Shown: positions 20,937 to 31,698, counted from the stretch's first letter. The stretch: 64,000 nt of DNA from an uncultured Nitrososphaerota archaeon (GCA_963799845.1 CAWCYI010000006.1:1472001-1536000); one strand, 5' to 3'. Numbers and translations are program-made. Notes: a model not told the origin generated them from the sequence alone.

Positions 20937-21168
20937 TTAACTAGAGATCATGAGAGTCTGAGTAGATCTGATTTTTTCTATCCTTCTTATTTTCCATGTG
21001 ATTGTTTCTTTGAGCAGCTGCTGTGTTTCAGCTTCCACCTTTACCACGAAATCATACGCTCCATAAACCAGATAGACTTCTCTAACGTTTTCGATGCCTT
21101 TTCAGCTCCCGGATGACTTCATCCTCCAAGCCTGCTTCAACGTTAATTAGAATGAATGCGATTGGCAT
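20937..21168 (-). CDS. Stand-alone Lrp/AsnC ligand-binding (RAM) domain protein, one extra base in an A-run near 21100
   Basis: MPIAFILINVEAGLEDEVIRELK / GIENVREVYLVYGAYDFVVKVEAE...IRRIEKIRSTQTLMISS; 232 nt = 77 codons + 1. Confidence 0.85.
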
Positions 21169-21253
21169 CTACTTTTTGTGCTCGCTCCTTTCAACGTGTT
21201 CAACATGGCCGAATGCTATTACGTTCGCGACCCGGGACCGAGCGGTCACCAAG

Positions 21254-21497
21254 CTAATTCGGGCGATCGCGGAGCCCAGAGTAAACCAGAAACTCTGCTT
21301 TCTCTTCAGCTTCACGCAACGAAAGTTTCGAGTCTGCAAAAGAGATATTACACTCTTGACAGAACCACCACCCTTCGTAATTTTTCCGAAGTTCGAGTCC
21401 GCAGCTGAGAACAAACGGGGACTTGCAATTTGTTCCGAGTCCGTGCTTCAGTTGCTTCTAGTGGAGTATGAATTTCAGCTTCAACTTGTTTCTGCAT
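21254..21497 (-). CDS. Small zinc-ribbon protein (one frameshift)
   Basis: MQKQVEAE...VPVCS / SCGLELRKNYEGWWFCQECNISF...; 244 nt = 81 codons + 1. Confidence 0.55.
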
Positions 21498-21589
21498 CCT
21501 CTAACATCGGATTACTTTGTCCGGCGAATATTATTCTCTTTCCGAGAAGATTTCATAATCACTAGAAGATTGACGCAAAGACCGACTAC

Positions 21590-21850
21590 AAATAATGTCA
21601 ATATGATCATCAAGATTTCAAAGGCTGGGTTGATTTTTGGATAGACTTTTCTGAGCTCGGTGTTCTTTCCGAGCTACAGCAAGTAACCTCGTCCTGCGGC
21701 TGATCTTTCAGATCAACCCGCTCACGTACGTTGCCAATCTCGTGAGAAATTTGCTGGTGGGCATATCAGGTTTTAGCATGCCGCTGGAGCTCGGTGCGTC
21801 TTCGAGAGCATTGTTCTGGTCTACGTCGCGTCTCTTGCAATCAACAGGAT
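21590..21850 (+). pseudogene. ABC-2 type permease C-terminal remnant
   Basis: FLSSVFFP and INPLTYVANLVR motifs, interrupted by stops and frameshifts; boundaries approximate. Confidence 0.6.
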
Positions 21851-21962
21851 CGAGCTGTGGTCTACGAGGCTTCTCACATCTCTCTTAGATGATCGCTACT
21901 CGAAGATTGAGAGTAAGACGGAAGAATTAGTTTTTATCTAAACAATAACCTTTCAACAACTA

Positions 21963-24572
21963 ATGAACCCGGCAGCCGGCTGTAAAAGACATTTACCATC
22001 TCTTTACATGCTAATGGCGTTAGGTCTGCTATTAGGTTTCTTCGTTCTTTCGCTAACGGGCATCCACTCAGCTGCCCTAACCACCTCGTCGATCTCTTGT
22101 ATAACTGCAGAGGATGCACCTTCAGTGACCTTGAGCCTTTTGGTGAGCGGAAACGTAACAACGGTTTCGCCGACGAGCCTTGTTTGTAATGGAGTTTCTG
22201 TTTCTTTGACTCTTACAACAATGGAAAACGGAAAAGGAAATGTTTCAGTGGAAGTGCCTCCCCCCACCAATGTTTACATCAGAGACATTTTCCCTGGAGT
22301 TCTTCAGACGGAGCAAATCGCGACGTGCATATCCTCCGGATGCACCTTTTCGACAACTCGACTCTCCGTTTTCACCCAGGTCGAAGAGTTCTTCTCTTAC
22401 AAAATCTCAGGAGGGGGATCGGGGTACACTCCACCCACCCTCTTATACTACTACCAAGGCGCCCCCGATTCCACACCTCTAGGCACTGGTGTTTGGGTTG
22501 ATTGCTGCAGCTCCGACTGGACGGTGCCACGTACCCTAACGGGGTCGACTCTTTTGGAGCAATGGTCGGCGAACCCTGATGATACTGAAGGGATCGCATC
22601 CCCCGGTTCGGCAGGTTCTACTGTAGAAATCACCTACTATAATCAATATTCTCTGACCTCGAGCTTCACTGTGACCAGCGGGGCAGGATACCAGAATCCA
22701 CAATTGAGATATACGCAGTATGGTGGTTTGCAGCAGGTTCCGACAACGAGCTATCCTACTTCGTACTGGGCCGACGCGGGAACTCTGTGGAGCATATCCA
22801 GCACCCTGCCCGGTCCGACCCCTTCCGAGCAGTGGGCCGCCGCCCCAAATTCGGTTCTGTCGGGCACGGTTTCAGCGCCCGTGGCAATATCTCCCCACTA
22901 TTTCCACCAATACACGGTGATCGCTAACTACACCATTATCGGTACAGGAAGTTCTGGATACGGCAATCCTACATTTTTCTACACCTCGCTAGGATCCACC
23001 AATTCTACAACCTTGACGATGTCACCGGTAGAGTATTGGGTAGACGCCGCGTCCCAGTGGAACATTTCAAAAGCCCTTGCCGGGAACTCTACATTGCAAA
23101 GGTGGCAGACCAATCAACTGACGAGCGGGTCTGTAACCTCCGCTGAAAATATCACGATTGCGTACTACTGGCAGTACTTTGTCACATTCCAGTACTCGGT
23201 CGTTGGCGGCGGTGACAATTACATCACTCCGTCGCTGAACTATTCCCAGTTTGGGATAACGCTAGCAGGATCGCAGGGGCTGCAAGTATGGGCTGATGTC
23301 GGATCAAATTGCTCGTACACAAATCCTCTGATGGGGTCCACTTCGACCGAAAGGTGGTATGCAAGCCTGCCGACGTTGAGGGTATCGTCGAACACCGTCA
23401 ACGCGATGTATTACCACCAGTTCTCGTACTCGGCAAGTTACACGATCGTGGATGGCGGACAGGGGTACTCCAGCCCGATTTTTAGTTACACTTCTTTCGG
23501 AGCTTCCAATGAGACATTTCTGTCTACTTCAGCGACCACTTACTGGCTTGATTATAACACTCGCTGGGGTACGACTTCGCAGCTCAGCGGCTCCAACGCG
23601 ACGGAGCGATGGGCGACTAAGCAATTAGTTCAAGGTGTGGCAACAGCCCCGGCGAGCACTGAGTTTGGTTATTTCAACCAGTATGCTCTAACATTGAATT
23701 ACGAGGTCACACTCGGAGGCTCTCCACCAGCTCCGGCATTGAACTTAACTTCATTTGCGACGTCCAATTCTACTCACCTCAGCACGTCCCCGACCGTATA
23801 CTGGGTCGACGCAAGTACATCATGGTCGGTCACGAAAACACTCCAGCTCCAACCTAATGCTTCCTCGGAAAGATGGATAACGAATATGACGGTCTCTGAG
23901 GCGTCAGCTTCTGGCGCGTTTAACCAGACCATTGTGTATGATCATCGGTACTACCTCCTGGTTCAGCTGAACGACGCCCCAGGGGGAAGTTCCAACGCGG
24001 CCACTGGCTGGTACAACAATGGGAACAAGATTAACATCGCAGCGAGTGCCAATGCGGGTTGGGAATTTGTATCGTGGGACGGAGCAGGAAATTCATCCTA
24101 CACCGGTCCACAGAAGAACGAAACTGTTTCGCTGACTAGTCCAGCAAATGAAACTGCGATCTTCTACGCCGGTCTAGTGATTTATTCCGGTCCTAACGGA
24201 TCTGTAGAGTACAGTTACGGCAATCTGTCCGGAACTCAATCCGGGATCATCCAGCCGGGGACAAATGGAACAATCTTCGTTCTTCCCAATACTGGTGTTA
24301 ATCTCACAGAATCCCCATCAAGTGTACTCTATGTTTTCTACGGTTGGACCGGATACACAAAAGCTAACAGCGTAAGCGCTCTGATAGATGTCAATATTCC
24401 GAAATCGATTAAAGCTTCGTTTGTTCTGGATTATGCAGACATCACCGTTTTTGCGATTGTGACTGCGGGCGTGATCGTGCTGTCTTTCGGTGCATTTCCG
24501 GTACGGTTCAAGATTCGAGGCTTTTTTCTGAAAAAACGAGAAAGTTCCTCTTTAATTTCCGGTAAGGTTTAA
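21963..24572 (+). CDS. Secreted, membrane-anchored Thr/Ser/Tyr-rich surface protein with six ~85-90-aa beta-rich repeats and two InlB-B-like repeats
   Basis: N-terminal hydrophobic signal; repeats QY.v...Y.i.gGg.gY..P...Y...G....yW.Da...W......L.g.....rW; GWYNNG...AGWEFVSWDG; C-terminal TM with basic tail; many NxS/T sequons. Confidence 0.8.
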   Translation: MNPAAGCKRHLPSLYMLMALGLLLGFFVLSLTGIHSAALTTSSISCITAEDAPSVTLSLLVSGNVTTVSPTSLVCNGVSVSLTLTTMENGKGNVSVEVPPPTNVYIRDIFPGVLQTEQIATCISSGCTFSTTRLSVFTQVEEFFSYKISGGGSGYTPPTLLYYYQGAPDSTPLGTGVWVDCCSSDWTVPRTLTGSTLLEQWSANPDDTEGIASPGSAGSTVEITYYNQYSLTSSFTVTSGAGYQNPQLRYTQYGGLQQVPTTSYPTSYWADAGTLWSISSTLPGPTPSEQWAAAPNSVLSGTVSAPVAISPHYFHQYTVIANYTIIGTGSSGYGNPTFFYTSLGSTNSTTLTMSPVEYWVDAASQWNISKALAGNSTLQRWQTNQLTSGSVTSAENITIAYYWQYFVTFQYSVVGGGDNYITPSLNYSQFGITLAGSQGLQVWADVGSNCSYTNPLMGSTSTERWYASLPTLRVSSNTVNAMYYHQFSYSASYTIVDGGQGYSSPIFSYTSFGASNETFLSTSATTYWLDYNTRWGTTSQLSGSNATERWATKQLVQGVATAPASTEFGYFNQYALTLNYEVTLGGSPPAPALNLTSFATSNSTHLSTSPTVYWVDASTSWSVTKTLQLQPNASSERWITNMTVSEASASGAFNQTIVYDHRYYLLVQLNDAPGGSSNAATGWYNNGNKINIAASANAGWEFVSWDGAGNSSYTGPQKNETVSLTSPANETAIFYAGLVIYSGPNGSVEYSYGNLSGTQSGIIQPGTNGTIFVLPNTGVNLTESPSSVLYVFYGWTGYTKANSVSALIDVNIPKSIKASFVLDYADITVFAIVTAGVIVLSFGAFPVRFKIRGFFLKKRESSSLISGKV

Positions 24573-24609
24573 AATTCCAACTATCACTTTTATACAAGAA
24601 AGAAAGTTC

Positions 24610-25554
24610 TTGAAACGCTCTATATTGTTCTCTACAGCGTCGCTACTATTGATGATTCTTCTGGTCTTCAATAGTAATTCGGCGAGTGCCGCGACGTCGT
24701 GGGCCTCGGTGACTTCAATTCATGATCTAACAGGGGGTACGGCTGTCCAATCTGGACAGCCATTGATTGCAGGCCATTCGTACAACATTACATTCTTGAT
24801 AGCGGTTCCCTTCAATCAGACAAGTTCCCAGTTCCAGGTATCGCTCAACCCGCAATTGCAGCAGCAGGGGGCTCAATACTGGTATGTACTGACGCCCGGC
24901 TATTCCGGGTATGATTCTTCTAGCTTTACTGCTGGAGACAAGACCGTGAGTTTCACCCAGATTCAGGGTCAGCTAACACTTTCCGCGGAATTTCAGATAC
25001 CGGTTAACCTAACACTCAAAAGTGCCAGTGGACTGGTCCTTCACTTTCCGCAGAATGATTTTCAACTTATAACGGTGAGCGTGAGTGGCGGCTCGGTGGC
25101 GGGCAACGTCTCGCTTAACGTGCAAGACCAGACGATCGAAACCTATCTCAACACATACCAGTCAGATTCTAGGCTTATATCTTCTGGCACGATAGACAAG
25201 TCCTACTCGTCATTTGTCGATAACATTCTGAACCAATCTCAGTCGCTCTACAGTTCTGGTCTGGTATCACAGGCAACTAGCCTCCTCGGTGTGCTCACTT
25301 CCTCCACGTTCCCGGCCCCGTCTAACAGTTCTACCGAGACCTATCTCGGAGCTGGATTGGTGGTGGTTGTGATAATCGCCGTTGTTTTCGCTGTCATGGC
25401 GCTCCGGAAGAGAGGCCAATCCAGCGTCTCTTCGTCCGTGGTAGCCGACGTCCAGAAGGAGCTGGCAATGCTCGAGGTTACCGCATCAAGGTATGACAAG
25501 AACTTGGCTGAGAGGTTGAAAGCTTTGAGAGAGAGGTTGAATGATGTAGTATGA
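24610..25554 (+). CDS. Single-pass membrane protein: signal peptide, beta-rich ectodomain, TM, short cytoplasmic coiled coil
   Basis: MKRSILFSTASLLL...ASA signal; YLGAGLVVVVIIAVVFAVMALRKR TM; tail DVQKELAMLEV...LRERLN; ATGA overlap with the next gene. Confidence 0.8.
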   Translation: MKRSILFSTASLLLMILLVFNSNSASAATSWASVTSIHDLTGGTAVQSGQPLIAGHSYNITFLIAVPFNQTSSQFQVSLNPQLQQQGAQYWYVLTPGYSGYDSSSFTAGDKTVSFTQIQGQLTLSAEFQIPVNLTLKSASGLVLHFPQNDFQLITVSVSGGSVAGNVSLNVQDQTIETYLNTYQSDSRLISSGTIDKSYSSFVDNILNQSQSLYSSGLVSQATSLLGVLTSSTFPAPSNSSTETYLGAGLVVVVIIAVVFAVMALRKRGQSSVSSSVVADVQKELAMLEVTASRYDKNLAERLKALRERLNDVV

Positions 25555-28229
25555 GTACGCGCACTTTTGCAAGCATCCACGTTATCGGACTCGGGGGAGC
25601 CGGCACAAACGTAATCCAGTCCCTCATAGAGAGCAAGAGGTTCACTCAACTTCTTTCTTCTGAGGATTTTTCGATCGCTTGCCTAGCTCTGGATATCGCG
25701 GAGGCGGATCTCGCCAATCTCCAAAAATCGTACAGGAGCGTTCAATCGGTTCTGGAAACGAAGGGGATTTCTCTTGAGAGACTCTGGGTCAGAGGTCTCA
25801 ACATAAAGTTCAGCACTCCTGACGCGCTGTTTGAGTTCATGGGCAAGTTCAACGGATATTTGATGAAGGATGGCATTCACGTAAACAACTACAAGCCCTG
25901 GATTGCAACGTCCATGTCCATTCCGCCACTCGCGGGTGGCGTAGGAAGGATGCGCTCCCTGAGCAAGGCAGTCTATAACCTGAATTACTATCATTACATG
26001 GAACTCAACAACGTGATGTCCGTTTTCAAGGACAAAGTTCTCACCTCCAAGAGGCAGCCAATTGTGGTACTCGTCTACGGTCTGGGTGGGGGAACCGGAA
26101 GCGGGATGTTGTTTGACTTTGCAAGGCATCTCAGATCCAAACTGGGCTCGTCAATTCCGATAATCGGTCTGTGTGTTTTGCCCAGCATTGCAGACGACCT
26201 TCTTGCAAGAGGACCGGCGTCGTTCACCAGCTTAATGGAAACAGACCTTCTATTCAACTTGGACCTGAACGAAATGGTTGCGAAGGAGTTTGGCGAAGCC
26301 TACCGCAACCCTTTCACCTCGCTCTTTTTTGTCCCACTGGAACCGGTGTACAACAACAGGAGCAATCTGGTGAACGCAAAGAAGGAACTGGACGATGCGA
26401 TCGTGGACACCCTGCACATACTCTCCACTTTCGATCTTGCGGATCTGCTTAGTCGGCTGGGGACGAACAACAATTTCGGTCCCAACTGGGTGCACACGAT
26501 GGCTTATTTGAAAATCAGGTATCCAGTGGACGATTACGTAGACTATTTTCACGAGTACCTCCATCTCACCGAGTTGATTGGAGGATTCATGAATCTCAAG
26601 AGGGAAGCTCTACTCCGGATAAACGAGACTCTGAACAACAGGTTCATCGAGTCCAAAGAACTTTATCGCAGACACCTCATTTCTATGAATCGCTATGCAG
26701 TGGAGACTTTTGACAAGGACGTCGAAGATGTAATCCACAGAGCCGGCAAGTTCGACTCGGAATTCAAAAGGCAGGCTAAGGGCCTCGAAGATTTCGTCCT
26801 CCGCTACAGTGATTCGTGGTCCAAGGTGCTGCAAGCCATGGTGTTCTCTGAGGATAGTGTGGAGTATTCCGTTGTATATCAGATAAAAAAGTGGAAAGAT
26901 CAGATTGCCCACATCGGCACGACATTTGAAGAATTGCAAAAAGACTTGCCTACTTCACTGTCTGAGCTGGAAGACACTCTGACGGCTAGCAAGCTTTTGA
27001 CTTCAAGCCAGATCCGACAGGTCCGCTCGTACGTCAGCTTTGTCTATCTGATCAACACGGCGCTTCAGACACTGACACTGTACATTAGAGCAAAAGCGCT
27101 CGCGGACGAAGTGGGGGTTCTCAACGGGAGGGACAACAAAGGTACCGCTGGAGGCAGCAGAAACGCCCGCGGCGCCAATAACAATGCTCCCGCAGAAGAG
27201 GCGCAGTTGCTTCCGCTGTTTAGGGCGGCCGGCTATATTCTGACGAGACCGGAGACCGAGGTGAAGGTCTCTGACCAGTATATTCCGGGTATCAGAGTAG
27301 TCAGGAAGAATGTAGATTCCACTTACAAAGAAGCCCTGGCAAACGCAGAATCCACTGAGAGATTGCTCGCTCAAAAGCAGACTGAGGTCACGAGACTCCA
27401 GAGGGAAGTAACGAAGGTGCGGATCGACGTGTCTGGAAAGAAGAAACTTTTGCAGAAGAGCCTGAACTCACTACACCACGATGCTGCAGCGCTCAGCGCG
27501 CAACTTTCCGAGCATAGAGCGGAGTGCGACAGGCTTCGGATTGAATCGGAGAAGCTGGCAGAACTTGAGAATGAATTGGAGATGGCCTCTCAGTACCACA
27601 AGACGCTCAGTCAAATCGTGATCAAGACGAATGAGCTGAACTCGAAGATGAGCGTGATCACGAATACCGGCAGCTACTACGAGAGGGTCGTGGAGCTGAG
27701 CGAAGCAGAGCAAGTGAAGATTATGGCGAAGATCCTTCGGGAGCAGGAAGAAGTGCTGAAGGGAGAAGGGATACTGAAGGAAATAGTGGACAAGGATCGA
27801 TTCAGGTCGATTGTGACGAGCTACATGAGGATCTTCAGCATTGCAAACTATTCCGGTCTCTCTGATAGTTTCCGAACGGACCTGATCTGGGCGACTGTCG
27901 GAATTCCTTCTGGCCTCTGGGATCAAGAGTTACAAGGATCCTTCGCAAATAGCCTCAACGTGTTTACCAGTATTGAATCGAGCAAGAGCATTTCCATTCG
28001 CCAGCTGAATGACATTGATCCCTGGACGATAACCTTCCTGATTATTCTCGCAAAAGCGAGGACGGATCAGCTAGAAAAGTTTCCGTCGATGAAAAATGAC
28101 ACGGAAGCTGTGAGCAAATCTGAAAGGGTTTTATTCAGAAGCTTCTTGCTGGAGCATGGAATTCAAAACATTGACGAGCTTACAATGAAGCTTGAGCAAC
28201 AAGAGTCCCCACACAAAGTGGAAGAATAG
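25551..28229 (+). CDS. Tubulin/FtsZ-superfamily GTPase (Tubulin_2/FtsZl1-like architecture) with long helical/coiled-coil insert
   Basis: IGLGGAGTNVI (T1), AGGVGRMR (T3), GLGGGTGSG (T4 signature), VLP (T5) and FDLAD (T7); heptad-rich region around aa 580-700. Confidence 0.92.
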   Translation: MSTRTFASIHVIGLGGAGTNVIQSLIESKRFTQLLSSEDFSIACLALDIAEADLANLQKSYRSVQSVLETKGISLERLWVRGLNIKFSTPDALFEFMGKFNGYLMKDGIHVNNYKPWIATSMSIPPLAGGVGRMRSLSKAVYNLNYYHYMELNNVMSVFKDKVLTSKRQPIVVLVYGLGGGTGSGMLFDFARHLRSKLGSSIPIIGLCVLPSIADDLLARGPASFTSLMETDLLFNLDLNEMVAKEFGEAYRNPFTSLFFVPLEPVYNNRSNLVNAKKELDDAIVDTLHILSTFDLADLLSRLGTNNNFGPNWVHTMAYLKIRYPVDDYVDYFHEYLHLTELIGGFMNLKREALLRINETLNNRFIESKELYRRHLISMNRYAVETFDKDVEDVIHRAGKFDSEFKRQAKGLEDFVLRYSDSWSKVLQAMVFSEDSVEYSVVYQIKKWKDQIAHIGTTFEELQKDLPTSLSELEDTLTASKLLTSSQIRQVRSYVSFVYLINTALQTLTLYIRAKALADEVGVLNGRDNKGTAGGSRNARGANNNAPAEEAQLLPLFRAAGYILTRPETEVKVSDQYIPGIRVVRKNVDSTYKEALANAESTERLLAQKQTEVTRLQREVTKVRIDVSGKKKLLQKSLNSLHHDAAALSAQLSEHRAECDRLRIESEKLAELENELEMASQYHKTLSQIVIKTNELNSKMSVITNTGSYYERVVELSEAEQVKIMAKILREQEEVLKGEGILKEIVDKDRFRSIVTSYMRIFSIANYSGLSDSFRTDLIWATVGIPSGLWDQELQGSFANSLNVFTSIESSKSISIRQLNDIDPWTITFLIILAKARTDQLEKFPSMKNDTEAVSKSERVLFRSFLLEHGIQNIDELTMKLEQQESPHKVEE

Positions 28230-28269
28230 GGACTCTTGAAAGGACAGCAATATCAGCCTCAACGGGTCT

Positions 28270-30635
28270 TTGCTGGCGCGACGACTGTTACCACTGACAG
28301 CTGCATCGGTCGACAATAAAGAGGGGCCAGCGATGTCCTCTTTGATGACGAAGGAATCTCCGAACACTTCTCCGGTCAGGGAGAAAATCAAGACCTACAC
28401 TTCTGCCCTAATTATCTGGATTGCCACGTTCGTGCTCCTTTCAGTAGTTCAGTTTCTTCCAGGAGATTCTATTTTAGCCGCCCTTCTGGGAGTTGGACTA
28501 TCCTTAGTTTATCTGAAAGCGGGGGGCCTCGCGCTCATAATCCTTTACATTCTCACATACTTTGCGATTATCTGGCAGCTCCTAGGGTTTGGATTCTTCC
28601 AGCTGCTGACTACTTTGGTTGGTGTAGTCGTTATGTTGGCCTTGATTCTCACATTGCTGAGCTTTTTCCTTCTTCGGATCGAGGCAATCTCGATCTCGCT
28701 GGTCATTCTTTCGGTCTCCCTGATGCTCACACCGCTGTACTTTCTCTCGATACCGTTGATACTTGTGGGGATGCTTTACGAAGGCTTTGGCAGCGCGAGA
28801 GTGCAATCAATCAATTTTGTATTACTGCTGACTCCGTTTGTGCTACTGGACAATGGAATTTACTACAACTCCTCTCCAAACGTCGCTTCGAATCCGCCGA
28901 TTATTTTTTCGCAGCTAAGTAACCTCGCCAACAACCTCAGGCCGCCTTTGTCCGGAATCAACCTGCTCCAGGGAACCGCGCCCTCGAATTTCCTCTACGC
29001 GCACGCGCTATCCGTGTCAAACTTCATGCTCACGAGGAGCTACATCGTCTACATCCCTCTAATCCTCTTCGCGGCCGTGCTCATAGTAACCGTTTCAGTG
29101 GCGAGTTTTTTGACAAACTCCCTTTTGAAGAAAATTTCGGTCATTGAAGTGACTCAAAACTATTCCAGGATTTTTGAGCCGATAGTAACCTCAGTGATCG
29201 TTGCTCTAGCCTTTATAGCGATGATGCTCGGTTTGTCTCCGCTCGGCGCTAACGTTCTCCAGACCGGCATTTCAATTGACGCCGGTTCGTACTTTATGAT
29301 AGCGGGGTCGATCGGAGTAGCTGGCTTGCTGACGGGGACCGAGCTGACTTACCCAGAATTTAGAGCGCACCCAGCTTTCCAAGACTAAGCTTGAAGAGTT
29401 GCTCGCAGATCTTGACCGCAGGATCATGACAATCAACGGCGAAATGAAGGAAATATCCACAAACGCTCCCTCGATCGACCTGAGCTCAGAAAGGAAGACG
29501 CTTGCCGAATATGTCTCGTACGCAGATGATGTAAGGAAGCGGCTCCCAACCGCGAGTTATGATTCCTTTCAAAGCTGGACATCTGACATCGAGAACAGAA
29601 TATTTCCCTCTCTTGATTTAATGCCCAATCTGCTTAGGACGCGTCTCACGGCCGGATTGCAGGTGCTTTCATCTGTCTCCCTGACGACGAACAGTCACTT
29701 AGACGAGAGCAGAGTCTGTCGGACCAAGATACCCGTCAATGGATCAGTTTGCCGTGTCCAGTCAGTCACAATTAGATGAAGAGCTTCAAATTTACCAACG
29801 AGTCGTGGATTCGATTGAGAAAACGACGACAACACTTTTTGATCACTATGTTAAGTCGATCAGAGCGTACAGCGAGCTTATGCTCGTTGAAGAAGTCACG
29901 CCTCCAGTCAGTCCGGCTTCATTGCTCGCCTCACGAGATTACGTTACCGCAATGAAGCTGGTTTCAGATGATTACTGGCTGAACTTTCACGTCAGAGAAA
30001 GTGAAAAGTACAGTGAAAAACTAAAGATGTTTCTCGATGCTGTGTCCAAGCTTTCGAGCGTTTCCAACGGAGAAGATGCCGAGCGATTGACTCGATTAAT
30101 CGCGATGAGCGCGAACATCTCTCCCTCGAGCGCGCCTTTGATGCTCGAGAATATCAGCAAAGTTATTGAATTTCTAAGAGATGCGATGGCGCGAGCCATA
30201 GATGAGATCGAGACTGTGAAAAAACTGGTGGCTACGGTGGACCCATCTTTCTCGAATGTGTTGAAGCTTAACACGACCGGGATCCTGGACGAGATGCTCG
30301 CAATCCAGAGCACGATGCGCGGAGCAAAGCCGGACTTTAGCGACGCAATCTCTCTTTCGAAGGAAGCCTTACCAATCCTCCTGGTTCTTTCGGAATACAG
30401 GAAGATGGACTCGGAGAGTCTTGTAGTAATATCCCAGTATCCGGTGGCGGTCAGGCTTTTGCATCGACTCTTTGACGAAAACAAAGAGGTGGTTCGTACG
30501 AGCGAGCTTCCCTTCCAGCGGGATGTAGCAAAATTCTTCGTCAGATCCCTTGCCGCGTCCAGCCGATCTTACTCGTACAACGAAGAGCGTGAGGAGCTCT
30601 CCTATGAGCAGGATAAAATGTATCAACGGTCATGA
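28270..30635 (+). CDS. Polytopic membrane protein (~9 TM) with long cytoplasmic helical C-terminus; three track ORFs joined by frameshifts near 29348 and 29713
   Basis: Alternate frames read through continuously (LTQNLERTQLSKTKLEELLADLDRR; VGPRYPSMDQF). Confidence 0.72.
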
Positions 30636-31698
30636 AGAGTCCGAGTCCACTGCACTACGCTTGATGTGCAGCAACTGTGGAGGCGCCATGTTGTACAAAG
30701 ACGCCTGCGTCCAGCAGCTCCAGAATTTGCCCAAGGTGGAGCCCCCTTTCGAAAAGGTTTCAGTGATCTTTGCTGGATTGCCAAAGTCATCACCATTGGA
30801 GGGAGAGGACAGGGGCGTTTACGCCGCGTCCATAGTTGCCGGGGACGACGAAATCGAAAAAGTAGAAACTTTCACGATGAGGAGGTCCGAAGGAACGAGC
30901 TGGTTTGATTTTTACTCAAAGTACCTCGACAAGCTCGGCAGATGGATGAAGTTTGTCGGCCTCGGCCGATCTCACTACAGACTTTTGGTGGTGGACACAA
31001 GGAGACCCATATCCGTGCTCGTTCTTGCTGCAATCTCGCAATTTGGGAAAAATACAATCGTTCTTATGGTAACAGCCGATCAGACATCCACGCTGATCGA
31101 ACAGAACACGAGCTATGTCGCCATATCTACCGCCCTAAAATATAGCTTTCCATTAATCGCAGTCTCCACCTCATACGTAGATGACCTGATTTTCTACACG
31201 GAAAACGATGGACTCGTTGTCCGTTCTCAAGCTCTTATGCCCGTAATACACCTCTTGGTTTCTTCAATCGACAGCGTCACGGATATGATGGGAAACGATG
31301 TGCGTCTGGGAATAAGGGAGCACTGTCTTTCTGCCATCCTGTCAGCGTCTGAAAAAGTCTATCCCTCGGTAGACGATGTGCTCTACACGCAAGAGTCAAG
31401 CTTTTCGATTAATGCAAAAAAGGCCGATGTTTCGACGGCGTACTTGTTAGCTTTCGCTCCGGTAGATGTCCTGAATAGAATCGACAAAGCATTCTCAAAG
31501 TACAGGAGACAGGAATTGAAGGACGTTATAGGTGCCGATCATCAGGGGTACCCGAGAGATATGGGTGCATCCTCTGCTTTCTACGACCTCATGATGATCT
31601 ACGGGATCAAGGAAGGATCCACGTTCGCGCCACTGAAGAAAGGGTACGAGTCGGTGGCGAGCAAGGTTTCCGATCTAAGTGTCGAGAAGGTGATGTGA
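30604..31698 (+). CDS. Zn-ribbon + degenerate tubulin/CetZ-like domain protein
   Basis: Start MSRIKCINGH...CSNCGG; IVLMVTADQTSTLIEQNTSYVAISTALKYSFPLIAVS parallels FtsZ S5-H5-S6; AYLLAFAP...GADHQGYP...LMMIYGI parallels the CetZ C-terminal domain; no GGGTG. Confidence 0.6.
   Translation: MSRIKCINGHEESESTALRLMCSNCGGAMLYKDACVQQLQNLPKVEPPFEKVSVIFAGLPKSSPLEGEDRGVYAASIVAGDDEIEKVETFTMRRSEGTSWFDFYSKYLDKLGRWMKFVGLGRSHYRLLVVDTRRPISVLVLAAISQFGKNTIVLMVTADQTSTLIEQNTSYVAISTALKYSFPLIAVSTSYVDDLIFYTENDGLVVRSQALMPVIHLLVSSIDSVTDMMGNDVRLGIREHCLSAILSASEKVYPSVDDVLYTQESSFSINAKKADVSTAYLLAFAPVDVLNRIDKAFSKYRRQELKDVIGADHQGYPRDMGASSAFYDLMMIYGIKEGSTFAPLKKGYESVASKVSDLSVEKVM

Noticed and set aside
25551-28229. Calling the GTPase ftsZ, cetZ or tubZ
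   Set aside because: Length, coiled-coil insert and gene context do not fit; no TubR-like gene is adjacent
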